Source: the human T2T-CHM13v2.0 reference genome, Homo sapiens. Taken from it: a DNA stretch of 64,000 bases. Numbering within the stretch: position 1 is the first letter of the stretch; each line of letters begins with the position of its first letter. Below, in pieces: positions 41,040 to 58,479 of this stretch. Both the position numbers and the translations under genes were made by a program. The stretch lies in assembly GCF_009914755.1 (NCBI RefSeq), contig NC_060925.1; one strand, given 5' to 3'. Under the pieces are notes generated by a model that saw only the letters and a list, made by a program, of their open reading frames with translations, did no database searches and was not told the origin of the DNA.

Positions 41040-41790
41040 CAATCCGAGGCTGGGGGAGGTGGGCGCGGGGCTATTTCAGCGTTGGTGGAGCGCGGGCCCT
41101 GTCATTGCGCGTCTGTCTGCTCCTCCTTCTCGCTTTTCTCCTGCCACCCTAGTCCCGCCTTGGCCATGAGGGAGATTGTGCTCACGCAGACGGGGCAGTG
41201 CGGGAACCGGATCGGCGCCAAGGTTGGCGGTGGGGGGGCCCTTGAGGGTCCAGCGCGGACCTGCCGGGTGGCCGGGGAAGATGCTGGCAGTGGCGGGGGC
41301 GGCGCCCCTGCATTGCCGCCCCTGGGCTCCCTGCCCCGGACCCGGTGGAGCTGGGAGCCTGGCCAGGCGGCCAGGGCGGACCCTCAGGGACCCGGTGGCC
41401 TGGGGGTGGGGGTGGAGGTGGGAGAGGGGCTGGGGCGCCTCCTGCTCTCTGTGCTGACTCAGTCCTGGCTTTTCTGGCCCCTCTTGTCTCTCGCAGTTCT
41501 GGGAGGTGATCTCTGATGAACATGCCATCGACTCCGCTGGCACCTACCGCGGGGACAGGGACCTGCTGCTGAAGCGTATCAACGTATACTACAATGAGGC
41601 CAGCGGTGAGACCCCCGTCCTTCCCCCACTGCCCTCCTGGGCACAGCGGCCCTCCCCTCGCTGATGCCCTTCCGCCCCGCTCAGGTAGCAGGTATGTGCC
41701 CCGCGCTGTGCTAACTGATCTGGAGCCGGGCACCCTGGACTCTGTGCGCTCCGGGCCCTTCGGCCAGATCTTCAGGCCGGAGAACTTCAT
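41040..41790. promoter_or_regulatory. CpG-island-like GC-rich segment over the tubulin 5' end, with TATA-like gctatttca near 41070 and a G-run cluster at 41402-41435
   Basis: Visibly high GC and CpG density compared with the flanks. Confidence 0.7.
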
Positions 41791-44357
41791 CTTGGGTGAG
41801 TTGTGGGTAAAGACTGGGGTGCGGCTCCTTAGCCAGGGAGCTCAAAGTCAAGGAGTGCCCCAAGGTCATGGCTGTGGGAACTGTGGAGCCAGGGCCCCTC
41901 AACACCCTCTTATCCTCTGAGTCGCTCTATCTCCCTCTCCTCAACGGGCTTTGGGAGGAGGGCCCAGCTGTCTGCCAGAGGAGAGCAGCTGCTGATGTAA
42001 TCTCCCTGCAGGGAGCTGAGTGGGAACAGTGGCTGCTGCTTTCCTTGGGAATGGGCAGGAGCCACCTGCAGCGAGGTCTGTTGTTAGGCTGTCTCAGGTT
42101 TGGCTCCTGCCTTAATTTCTCTTTCTTTTTTTTTTTTTAAATTATACTTTAAGTTCTGGGGAACATGTGCAGGTTTGTTACACTGGAATGCATGTGCCAT
42201 GGTGGTTTGCTGCACCCATAAACCTGTCATCTACATTAGGTATTTCTCCTAATGCTATCCCTCCCCCCTTCCCCCCACCCCCCACAGGCCCCAGTGTGTG
42301 ATGTTCCCCTTCCTGTGTCCATGTGTTCTCATTGTTCAACTCCCGCTTATGAGTGAGAACATGCAGTGTTTGGTTTTCCGTTCTTGTGTTAGTTTGCTGA
42401 GAATGATGGTTTCCAGCTTCATCCATGTCCCTGCAAAGGACATGAACTCATCCTTTTTTATGGTTGCATAGTATTCCATGGTGTATATGTGCCACATTCT
42501 TTACCCAGTCTATCACTGATGGGCATTTGGGTTGGTTCCAAGTCTTTGCTATTGTGAACAGTGCCACAATAAACATGCGTGTGCATGTGTTTATATAGAA
42601 TGACTTATAATCTTTGGGTATATACCCAGTAATGGGATTGCTGGGTCAAATAGTATTTTCTGGCTCTAGATCCTTGAGGAATCGCCACACTGTCGTTCAC
42701 AATGGTTGGACTGATTTACACTCCCACCAACGGTGTAAAAGTGTTCCTATTTCTCCACATCCTCTCCAGCATCTGTAGTTTCCTGACTTTTTAATGATTG
42801 CCATTCTAGCTGGCGTGAGATGACAGCTCATTGTGGTTTTGATTTGCATTTCTCTGACCAGTGATGAGCACTTTTTCATGTTTGTTGCCTGCATAAATGT
42901 CTTGAAGTGTCTATTCATATCCTTTATCCACTTTTTGACAGGGTTGTTTTTTTCTTGTAAACTTAAGTTCTTTGTAGATTCTGGATATTAGCCCTTTGTC
43001 AGAAGGATAGATTGTAAAAACCTTCTCCCATTCTGTAGGTTGTCTGCTCACTCTGACAGTTTCTTCTGCTGTGCAGCAGCTCTTTAGTTTAATTAGATCC
43101 CATTTGTCAATTTTGGCTTTTGTTGCTATTGCTTTTGGTGTTTTACTGACTTAATTTCTAACGGGAGGCTGCTGTCCTGTAACTTTGGGGGAGGGGGTCC
43201 ACCTGCTCCACCTGTAGGGTGAATGGTGCTTTCTTGGCCCTTTTTGCAATGTGGCAGTGACCACTGATGACCGCATACCTGGCCATTGAGTGACCGGCTA
43301 TACTGTCTTACAGGTCAGAGTGGGGCCGGGAACAACTGGGCCAAGGGGTACTACACAGAAGGCACGGAGCTGATGGAGTCAGTGATGGACACTGTGAGGC
43401 GGGAAGCTGAGAGCTGTGACTGCCTGCAGGGTTTCCAGCTGGCCCACTCCCTGGGTGGGGGGACTGGGTCTGGGATGGGTACCCTTCTACTCAGTAAGAT
43501 CCAGGAGGAATACCCAGACAGGATCATAAACACGTTCAGCGTCCTGCCCTCGCTCAAGGTGTCAGATGCCGTGGTGGAGCCCTATAATGCCATCCTCTCA
43601 ATCCACCAGCTCATAGAAAATGCACATGAGACCTTTTGTATTGATAACGAAGCACTGTACAATATTTGTCCCAGAACCCTACAACTGCCCAGACTCACCT
43701 ATGGTGATTTGAATCACCTGGTATCTGCTACTATGAGTGGGGTCACCACGTGCCTGCACTTCCCAGGCGGCTGAATGCTGACCTGCGGAAGCTGGCCATG
43801 AACATGGTCCCATTTCCCTGGCTGCACTTCTTCATGCCTAGCTTTGCTCCACTGACCAGCCAGGGCAGCCGGCAGTACCAGGCCCTGACGGTGGCTGAGC
43901 TTATCCAGGAGGTGTTTGATGCTAAGAATATGATGGCTGCCTGTGACCCCGTCATGGCTGCTACCTAATGGTGGCTGCCATTTTCAGAGGTCACATGTCC
44001 ATGAAGGAGGTGGATGAGCAGATGCTCAATCTTCAAAAGAACAGTAGCCACTTTGCTCATCGGCTCCCTCACAATGTAAAAACAGCCACGTGTGACATCC
44101 CATCCAAGGGGCTAGAAATGTCAGCCACTGGAATCAGTAATAACACGGCCATCCAGGAGCTGTTCAAGCGCACTATGGAGCAGTTCACAGCCATGTTCAG
44201 GCACAAGGCCTTTCTCCACTGGTACACGGGTGAGGGCATGGATGAGATGGAATTTACCGAGGCCGAGAGCAGCCTGAAAAATCTTATGGCAGAGTACCAG
44301 GATGCCACGGCCAAGGCGGAGGAGTTTGAGGAGTCTGCTGAGGAGGAGGTGGCCTAG
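41166..44357 (+). pseudogene. TUBB8P6: Unprocessed TUBB8-like beta-tubulin pseudogene; exons 41166-41222, 41497-41605, 41685-41795, 43314-44357
   Basis: MREIVLTQ start, [18 protein letters not shown] and EEEVA* end are TUBB8-type; canonical 57/109/111-nt exons with GT-AG introns; 1-bp deletions near 43769 and 43950. The specific symbol comes from recalled genomic context and is unverified. Confidence 0.93.
42121..43145 (-). mobile_element. 5'-truncated L1PA (about PA6-7) in tubulin intron 3
   Basis: Reverse L1 3'UTR and ORF2 end; TSD ctg(c/a)cttaatttct at 42107-42120 and 43146-43159. Confidence 0.95.
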
Positions 44358-44499
44358 AAGTTTCCTTTTCTGGGTAAAGGGGGGATGGAGTGTGGATTCT
44401 TTAGTGTGTTCTGATAGCCAAGTGTCACTACGCAATTTTTCTTTATGTCTTTACATCTCTTCCTGTTGCACTTCAAAGCATTTTCATAGTATGTGATTT

Positions 44500-46677
<2,178 letters not shown>

Positions 46678-47814
46678 CTGTGGAGGGAACAGGAGGAGGT
46701 GGCAGGACGAGTCTCTAGGGCAGCCCCAGCAGCCAGGCAGGGCTTCTGCAAGTGAGATGCAGATCCAGCCTGTTGGCCACTTAGCAGCTGCTTGGCTATC
46801 TGCAGATCACCTGACCTCTGCTCATCAGTACATGGGGGTTGCAGTAGCACTTACCTTCTGGGACTTCTGCAGCTTGAAGAGGCAGCACACACCATGTGCT
46901 GAGAATGCACCTGACTCAGGCAAGCTTCTCCAACAGCGCCACATCAGATTAACATCCAACCTGTATAGGACACCATCAAATCTCCCCATCCCTCATTCCA
47001 ACTGTAAGAAAAGGGAGTCTCTGTCCTAGGGGAGCAAGCACAGGCATGTTTATCCAGTGGGCACATGGCCCAGGTTGGGGAAAGGTCCTTGGATACATGC
47101 TGGTTTCACCAGGAATCTGTGGGGTGGGTTTGGCCTGGACCCCAGGAGGCCAGTAGCCCCCTGCATGGCACAGGACTGGGAGGGCTGAGCGTTGAAGGGA
47201 GTCATTAATTGGCCTCATGGGAAGTGGTGCAGGTGGTGGGTGGTGGTTCATTCTTGCAGGGCCTGTGTGATCACCCAAGGAGTGCAAATTGCCTTTTTTT
47301 AAAAAAAAAAAATGCCAAAATTGATATAAGCTCATCAGTTAAAAAGGTGAGTAATGCTGACAGTAGGCTTCACCTGCTCCTTCCCCAGAAGTAACTGGTG
47401 TTCAGAGGTGGATCTGGTTCCTTCCCAGCCTTTCCCCTTTGCATGTAGCTGTGTGCATGTACTTAGGTGTGTACGCACACATTCCCTGGAGGGGTAACTT
47501 TTTTTATTTGGGAGGATAACTAGTGAGGCAGCCTGCCATTTGTTTATTTTGTCTTTGAAGTGTGGAGCCCTGTATGGAGTGGGCATCCGGTACTTCCTAG
47601 CTGGCCTTTGCCAGCTGTTTGGCTGCCCCAGTTTCTGCCCTTCACAGACATGGCGGCCACCTGGTGTGATATTCAGTGGCCTTGTTCGCAGCTAGTATGA
47701 TATGAGTGGATCAGGTACCTTATAAAATTGAAAAGCACACAACATGCACAGTGAAAGGATAAACAACCCTGTGTGTACTGCTCTGCTGAAGTCCACAGCA
47801 CATGACTGAGATGA

Positions 47815-48165
<351 letters not shown>

Positions 48166-49074
48166 CTTACTTTTTATTTATAACAGAGTTAAAAGAAATA
48201 CTACTATGCTTTCTATTCCATTATCCCCAACTCCTACTGCACCCCCTCTAGTTTACCTACCTCAGATAGAAACAAGAACTTGCCTGGTTAATGACAGCCT
48301 GGAATTATTTGAGCCAGGTCACTGTGTAAAGGTAATACTGATTCTGTCCTCTTGTGGATCACTTGCTCAGCTCAGATATTTCATAGCTCCCTGTATACAG
48401 GAGGATGTGTTACCCTCCTAGCCTGCTTTCTTGGTTTGATATGTGCCTGAGAGCATGTGACAGCACTTAAGGTCTAGGCTCATGGGCGGACTGTTCTGCC
48501 CACCCCCATTTCATCTCTCCAGGTCAGTCTGCACGCATGCCTTCCTCCATCTGGTTCCAGAGTAGGGGATGGGAGGTCTCACACTGACCTCAAGTTGATG
48601 TGATGTTTTCCACCTCTGCTTTCCCAGACAGCCCCTGCTGCGGGGCTTGTAAGGTGCCATGGAGATTTGTGAAGTCCATATTTTCTTATGTGGGTGTTTT
48701 ATAAATTAGAGCCCTGGAGGGTGAATAAATGTTAGAGACTCCAAACCCCTAATATATAAACATCTAAGCCTGGCCCTTTTTTGGTGGTAGAATATACGTA
48801 TCGTAAAACTTACCATTTTAACCATGTTTAAATGTACAGTTCAGCGGCATCTAGTATATTCAGTGTTGTGCAACCATTCCCTTTATCCATATCTACAACT
48901 TCTTTATCCTAAACTGAAACACCATACCCATGATGAAGTCATTGAATAGAAGACTGATGCATTTGACTCCATAAAAATGAAAACTTTCTATGAGAGAAAA
49001 ATGCCTCAAAGTCAAAAGTCAACAGACTGGAGAAATAGATTTGCAACATACATGACAGACAAAAAGCTAATTTG

Positions 49075-49260
49075 GGTAATATATGTATAATATATAAAAA
49101 TAATATATAATATATAAATAATTATATAATATATATCATATATAATAAATATATAATATATTGGGTAATATATATGCTGGGTAATATATAATATATGTAT
49201 TTTTATATTATATATTTATTGTATATTACCCAATATAATATATATGATATATATATAAAG
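49075..49260. repeat. AT-rich (TA)n-type low-complexity tract
   Basis: Degenerate tatataa units. Confidence 0.9.
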
Positions 49261-51219
49261 TTATCCTAAATTATTAAAAGGCCAGAAACCAAATTGAAAA
49301 ATGGACAAAGAATGTAAAGAAACAGTTCAAAGAAAAATGTAGATTTAAAAATATCTGCTATTTTTTTACTGTGGTAAAATATGTGTAACAGAAAATTTAC
49401 CATTTTGACCATTTTGAGGTATACAATTCAGTGGCATTAAGTACAAATACATTGTTTTGCAACCATCACCACTATCCATTTCCAAACCTGTTTTATCCCA
49501 AAGTGAAACTGTATCCACGGAACGATAGCTCCCCGTTTCCCATCCCCCCATTCCCTGGCAACCACTATCCTACCTTTTGTGTCGGTGAATTTAACTGCTC
49601 TAGCTACGTCATAAAAATGGAAGCATATGGTATTTGCTTTTTTGTGTCTGGCTTATTGTACTTAGCATAATCTTTTCAGGGTTTATCTGTGTTGTAGCAT
49701 GTATTAGAATTTCTTTTCTTTTTAAGGCTGAATAATATATCATTGTGGTATTGACCATATTTGCTTATCCATTCATCTGTAGATGGACATTTGGGCTTTT
49801 TCTACCCTTTGGCTATTGTGAATGCTGCTATAAACATGGCTATCTGTGCAAATTCCCACTTTCAATTCTTTTGGGTATATACCCAGAAGTGGAATTACTG
49901 GATTGTATGCTGATTACCGTTCTCCACAGTGGCTGTGCCATCTTACTTTCCCACCAGCAGCGTGCAAGAGTTCTGACTTCTCCACATCCAGCATTTGCTG
50001 TTTTCTGGGTGTTTGTTGTTTGTTTTGGTTTGTTGTTGTTGGTTTTTTTGATGGTAGCTATACTTATATGTGTCAGCTGGTATTGCATTGTGGTTTGCAT
50101 TTGCATTTTTCTCATGATTAGTGATTCTGAGCACCTTATCCTGGGCTTACTGGTCATGTGTATATCTTCTGTAAAGGAATGTGTATTTTAAAAGCTTTGC
50201 TTATGTTTAAATTTGATTATTTTGTTGTTGTTGCTGAGGTCTTTATATAGCCTGGATATTAATTATTTATCAGATATATAATGTGTGGATATTTTCTCCC
50301 CCTCTGTGAATTGTATTTTCAATCTATTGATTGTATCCTCAGATACTTAAAAGTTTTTAACTTTGAAGTTCTTTTTATGTATTTTTGTTGTTTGTCATTG
50401 TCTGTGCTTTCAGTCATATCCAAGAAATTATTGCCAGATTCTATGTTTTGAAATTTTTCCCTAAATTTTCTTCTAAGGGTTTTATAGTTTTAGCTCTTAC
50501 AATTAGATGTTTGGTCCATTTTGAATAAAGTTTTTTATATGGTGTAAAGTAAGGCTCCAACTTCATTCTTTTCCATGTAAATATCTATTTTTTTTTCTAA
50601 CACCATTTAAAAAATACTATCCTTCCCCCCGTGAATAGTGTTGACTCCCTTGTTGAAAATCATGAACATATTTTTTGGTTCGTGTTGCATTGGGCTTTAT
50701 GTCTGTCTCTATGCTGGTATGATACTGTTTTGGGTACTAAAGCATTGCAGTAAGTTTGAAACCAGGAGGTCTTAGTCCTCTAACTGTTCATTGTAAAGAT
50801 TGACTTGGCTACTTGGGTTTTTTTGAGATTTCATCTGTATTTTAGAATAGGTTTTTCTATTTTTGCAAATATTGGGATTTTATTGAATCCGTAGATGACT
50901 ATAGATAACAATGGCATCTTGGCAAGGTTTTGTCTTCCAGTCCATAAACACACGATGTCTTTTCATTTATTTGTGTCATCTTTAATATCCTTCTGCAATG
51001 TTTATAGTTTTCGCTGTACAGGTTTTTCATTTCCTTGGTCAAGTTGGTTTCTAAGTATTTTATTCTTTTGATGCTGTCATAAATGATACAGTTGTCTTTA
51101 TTTCTTCTTCAGATAGTTTATAGAAATAAAAATAATTTTTGTATATTGATTTTTGTATCCCGCAGCTTTGCTGAATTTTATTTATTGCATCTGACAGTTT
51201 ATTTCAGAGAAACTGTAAG

Positions 51220-51528
51220 TTTTTTTTTTTTGTTTGTTTGTTTGTTTTTTTTTTGAGATGGAGTCTTGCCCTGTTACCCAGGCTGGAGAGCAATGGTGTG
51301 ATCTTGGCTTACTGTAACCTCCGCTTCCCGGGTTCAAATGATTCTCTTGCCTCAGCCTCCCAAGTAGCTAGGATTATAGGTGACCATGCACAGCTATTTT
51401 TTGTATTTTCAGTAGAGACGGAGTTTCATCATGTTGGCCAGGCTGGTCTCAAATTCCTGACCTCATGATCTGCCCCCCTCGGCCTCCCAAAGTGCTGGGG
51501 TTACTGGTGTGAGCCACCACACCTGGCC
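51220..51528 (-). mobile_element. Alu inside L1M
   Basis: Reverse dimeric Alu. Confidence 0.95.
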
Positions 51529-54435
51529 AAGATTTTTAATATATAAGATTATGTCATCTGCAAACAGATAATTTTACTTTTTAAAAAATTGGAATATCTT
51601 TTATTCTTTTACTTGCCTTATCTTTATAACTAACTAGAACCTTCAGTACTATGTTAAATAGAAGTGGTAAAAGCAGGCATCCTTGTTTAAGCTCTTAGGG
51701 TAAAAGCTTTCAGTCTTTCACCATAATGTTAGCTGTCTTTTTTTTTTTTTTAATATAACGTATTATGTTAAGGTGTTTTCTTTCTTTTTATAGTTTATTA
51801 AGTGTCTTTTATCATGAACGTGGGCTAAATTTTGATAAGTGCTTTTTCTTCTTTAAGATGATCACAGGTTTTTTTTCTTCTTTATGTGAATGTGGTATTA
51901 CACTGATTTTCATGTGTTGGAGTGTACTTTTATTTCAGGAGTCAATTATACTCATTCATGGTGTATAATCCTTTTAATATACTGCCAAATTTGAATTGCT
52001 GGTATCTTGTTGAGGATTTTTGCATCAGCATTTGTAAGGGATGTTTGTTTGTAGTTTTCTTATGGTGTCTTCGTCTGGCTTGGTGTCAGAGTACTGGCTT
52101 CATAGAATAAGTTAGAAAATGTTACCCCCTCTTCAACGTTTTGAAGGCGTTTGAGGAAAACTGGTGTTAATTCTGCTTTAAACATCAGGAAGAATTCAAC
52201 AGTGAAGCCATCTGGTCCAGAGCTTTTCTTAGTTGCTGGGTTTTTGATTACTGATGCAATCTTCTTGCTGACTCTCCTTGCTCAATAGGTTTATTCAGCT
52301 TTTCTGATTCAGTCTTAGTAGGTGTTTTGTTTCTAGGAATCTGTTCATTTTTATTTAGGTTATTCATTTTTTTTTTGGTTTACAGTTCCTTATGGTACTC
52401 TTACATCCCTTTTTTAACTCTGTAAATTTAGTAGTAATGTACCCATTTTATTTTCGAGTTAGTAGTTTGAGTATCCTCTTTTTTTGTCAATCTAGTTAAA
52501 GGTTTGTCAGTTTTGTTGATCTTTTTCAGAGAACAAATTCGGTTTTGTTTTTTTTTTCATACTGTTTTTCTATTGTCTTATTTCACTTATTTCCACTGCT
52601 ATCTTTATCATTTTTTTCTTGTGCTAGGTTTTAGTTGTTCTCTCTTTTCCCCTCTGTTTTTAGTTCCTTAGGTGTAAAGTTAAGTTACTGATTTGGTAGC
52701 TTATTTTTTAATCATTTATAGCTATAAATTTTTCTTATAGTACTGCTTTTGATGTATTGCTTAACTTTTGGTACTTCATATTTTTAATTTGTCTCTAGAT
52801 ATTTTCTATTTTCTCTTGTGATTTCTTTGATCTATCCTTGAGTGTTTAATACCTGTATTTTTAGACCTAAAATGTGTAGCCTACAGAATTTTCCTGATTT
52901 GTTACAATTTCATTCGTTGTAAGTTTTTATTTCAGAATTAAATGAGTATATCAACATTTGTTATGTTCTCATAAACTTTGTAATACATGGAGATTCCTGG
53001 TCCACATACGTAAGCCTCTATATAAATATTATTTTGAAGCATTTAACCTTTTAATATTCCAAATGTCTAAATGAAATTGAGATTTGGGTTTTTGAGATGA
53101 AATCGTGGTAGGTGACTGAGAAATGCTTAAAAATTAGCCAAAACTTAAGTTAAATTTTACCTTCAAGATTCAACCTGAATGAGTCGCCCTGTTTTGCTGG
53201 TAATAAAAAATAAGTCTTTAATGTTATAAAAGCAAACTTCAGAGAATGTTCCCCCTACCCCGCAGTTGACATCTCAATTAAATGCTGTGCAAAATTTTTA
53301 TGGCCTTCAGCACTTTTTACTTTAGAATTCCAACTTTTTCTAGTTAAAATTTTTCTAAACAGAATCCTGTGTATTCGAAAGACAAATGAGTTTTTAGTTG
53401 AAATGCTTAAGCAGCTTTGAAGAAGTTAAAGCTCTTGTGCTTATTTTTGCTTTAAATAGTTTCTTTAATATAACGACATTTCAAGAGTTGATTCAATGTT
53501 AAGTTCCTCTAAACTTTGGTTAAGAAGCAGAAAGCATTACATGAGATTCTTGACATATGCTTTCAAGGAATCTCTTTTAAAAGTGTTAAAGGTGGAACTA
53601 TTTAATTTAACATAAAATTGAATCTTTATGTGTTTGCATAATTTGAAAACTTATGTCTTATAGCTTTTCAAATGCCCAAGTATGGTACATATTTTCCCTT
53701 AGTAATATGAGGGTAATAATTGTAGTCACCATGGGCTAACTACATGCCACACGTCATGCTAAATTTTTTATGCATATTTATCTTCTAATCTTCAGAATTG
53801 TCTAAGTTTGGCAGTTTTATTGTCTTCATTTTCATAACCATTCTTGATTCATTCTATAGTCTCATCATTTTTCTGTTCTTGATTCTTTATGTATGTTTAT
53901 GTTTGTTCATGTGCTTTTATTTCTAATAATGTAATAAACATTTAGAAATTAGAAAACTGAGATTTTATAGTGGAATAAATTGTCCATGGGACACTCAGCT
54001 ATAAGACGTGGAGCCAGGATTAAAACTGGCGTCTGTCTGATTCTAAAACCTGCGATGGTAACTACTATAATTGCAGTAAAACTTCCCTGATTGTTCTACA
54101 TGAATTAACTTATCTGTCTCTTTCTCCTCTCACTCTTCTTTATGTTTTTTTTCTTAGTACTCATTACTACCTGGTGTGTGTGTGTAGTTTTTTTTATAGA
54201 GATGGGGTCTTGCTGTGATAATCATAATGTATATTTTTAATTTGCTGTCTCTCTTGCTCTTTTGTTCACTGTTCTCCTAAAACAATTCCAGGCATTTGTA
54301 TGTGGTTTGTAGGTATTGGTTGATACTTAAATGAATGAATGTAATTAGTGTATTCTGTACACTATCAGGGCATATATTATCAAAGATGTGATAAATTTCA
54401 TGTTTTCCTCTGTTTATATTGTTATTCCTATATTG

Positions 54436-54800
54436 CAGCAGTCCCCAATCTTCTTGGCATCAGGGACTGGTTTCATGGAAGACAACTTTTCCATGGACTG
54501 GGCAGGGGGATGGTTTCAAGATGATTCGAGTACATTACATTTATTGCATACTTTATTATTATTGTATTGTAATATATAATGAAATAATTATACAACTCAC
54601 TATAATGTAGAATCAGTTGGAGCCCTGAGCTTGTTTTCCTGCAAGTAGACAGTTCCATCAGGGGGTAATGGGAGACAGTGACACCCAAAATGTGGTGTTT
54701 ATGTCCAGTCTACTCCCTAATCTTGTTTTGGTTGCTGTCACTGCAAAAAACCCTGTTTCACAAAGACAGGAGGTTGGAAATGGAAGCAGGTGTTTCAGTG
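54436..54800 (-). mobile_element. Charlie3/MER1-family hAT DNA transposon fragment with transposase C-terminus
   Basis: MER1-type end cagtccccaatcttcttggcatcagggactggtttcatggaagacaa; minus strand reads LKHLLPFPTSCLCETGFFAVTATKTRLGSRLDIN..VSLSPITP*W..GKQAQGSN*, the hAT dimerisation region. Confidence 0.85.
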
Positions 54801-55150
54801 ATACTATTGACAAGGAAATGTCAGTGCTCCTGTGGAGAACAGAAATGGCTTCACTGTCCTTAAGTTTTACATAACATTTGCTATTATTGGTCCTTCTCTG
54901 TGTTCTTTTTTTTTTTTTCCTGATATCTCTTCTCTCTTCTTCCTCCTCTTAAATGTTACATATAATCCTGTTCTTTTATTTCTAAATTTTTGAATGCTTT
55001 TCAATGCCTGCAGGTCTTTACTGATACCTCTACAATCATTTAACTCCAGTTCTATTTCAGTGGCTTAGCTGCCCATCTGGTATTTCCATTGGTTATTATA
55101 CTTATCACAAAGTTCATAAATCTGAAATTCAGTGCTATAGATAATTTTCT

Positions 55151-56911
<1,761 letters not shown>

Positions 56912-57021
56912 CACAGGCATATTCATAGTGCACTACAACCTTCAACCCCTGGGCTCAAGTGACCCTCCAGCCTCAGCCTCCTGAGTAGTTGGGACTACAG
57001 GCACATGCCACCATGTTTGGC
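56912..57021 (-). mobile_element. Partial FAM (free Alu monomer), a local copy of the element at 59608-59776
   Basis: FAM-type cacaggcatattcatagtgcactacaacc; lacks its tail end. Confidence 0.8.
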
Positions 57022-57724
57022 TCCATGCTTCTTAACTTAGACCCATTCTACCAATGCTTCTAGTATCCTAACGTTTGCTGGATCACACTTAAGTGGCCTA
57101 TGAGGATTCGCATTCTTGGTTTTCCTGAGCCTTATTTGAGTTGGACAGAAGCGAGAGGGAAGGGCACAAAAGACAGCAAAGAGACCAGAGAGTCTCTTTT
57201 TCTCTGCTCATGTCCCTAGTCCCCCTACACCCCAATTTCATAGGAAAGAAAGGGGAGCAGGGCATGAAAAGGGGAAAAAGCGACCAGGATGGGAAATAAG
57301 GCAGTGTTTATGGAGGTTGCTCTGCAGTGACCATCAGCCTCCTGAGGGGAGGAGGACAGGAGCTGTCGCCACATTTCAAGCACTTGGATTGTAGATTTCA
57401 GGTGACCGATGACACCAGGGATTCTGTCAGTGATATGGCCCTGAAGGTTGGGAGAAGGCCTGTCCACAGCCCTTGCTACAGGAGCTGAGACTAACAACAT
57501 GCCTTTATGTATGTTTGTGAAAATGATGTTCAAAACCCAATCTGTCTCCCAGTGAAGATCATACTTTTAGTCAATCAATTGGAGGCCAATGGGAAGTGAG
57601 TAGCAATTATTTGGAAATAAATTATCTGCTGGAAAAGAGAGTAGTAAAACTGATCACAGAATGTGTGACTATCCGTTTGTGGATGTCACCAAGACACTAT
57701 TTATGAATAATTGTAAAGGTCTTG

Positions 57725-57840
57725 GCAGGCTGAGGCGGGAGGATAGCTTGAGGCCAGAAGCTTAGGACTGTGGTGAGCTATGATTGCTCCACCGCACTCC
57801 AGCCTGGGTGACAGAGTGAGACCCCATCTCGAAAAAAAAT
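57725..57840 (+). mobile_element. Alu fragment
   Basis: ggctgaggcgggaggatagcttgag...gacagagtgagacccc. Confidence 0.8.
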
Positions 57841-58154
57841 TAAAGAATAATCATGAAGGAAATTTAAGACTATTGCCATGCCGTCACGGTGACTGTAGTG
57901 TGTGGTCTAAGGGAGGCCTGGTTGCACCACACAAGCGACACTGTGTCCTAAGACCTTTCAGGTGCACGACTGAGGCTGGACAAAGTTAAGCCTCTGATGA
58001 ATCTCCTATGATGCCTTTGTTTCAGGTGAAGAAAGAGAGGTTCTGAGAGATTAATATACCCAAGGTCACACAGCTAATAAGTGGCAGAACTAATACTCAA
58101 ATCTGTATTTCTCTAATACCCTAGTTCTAGAATAGCTTTCACTATCATGGGCAC

Positions 58155-58465
58155 TTTATTTATTTATTTATTTATTTTTTATTTATTTTTTGAGACGGAG
58201 TCTTGCTCTCTCGCCCAGGCTGGAGTGCAGTGGCGCAACCTCAACTCACTGCAAACTCCGTCTCCCGGGTTCACACCATTCTCCTGCCTCATCCTCCTGA
58301 GTAGCTGGGACTACAGGCGCCCACCACCACGCCTGGCTAATTTGTTGTATTTTTAGTAGAGACGGGGTTTCACCGTGTTAGCCAGGATGGTTTCGATCTC
58401 CTGACCTCGTGATCTGCCAGCCTTGGCCTCCCAAAGTGCTGGGATTACAGGTATGAGCCACCGCA
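58155..58465 (-). mobile_element. AluY-like element
   Basis: Reverse Alu; TSD-like atgggca..tt.att. Confidence 0.95.
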
Positions 58466-58479
58466 ATGGGCATATTTAT

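Larger units (their letters stand above)
48780..52850 (-). mobile_element. Old L1M (L1MB-like) fragments, mostly minus strand, with a plus-strand L1M piece around 48950-49350
   Basis: tttaccattttgaccattttgaggtatacaattcagtggcattaagtac 3'-end motif, then degenerate reverse ORF2 (atgtcatctgcaaacaga, gaagccatctggtcc). Confidence 0.85.

Noticed and set aside
47100-47140. Minus-strand KPTPQIPG followed by gtga as a possible FAM166A first exon
   Set aside because: Only the final PG resembles the expected sequence and the phase does not fit the next exon; exon 1 left unassigned
49745-50191. 148-aa hydrophobic ORF resembling a membrane protein
   Set aside because: T-rich antisense strand of an old L1
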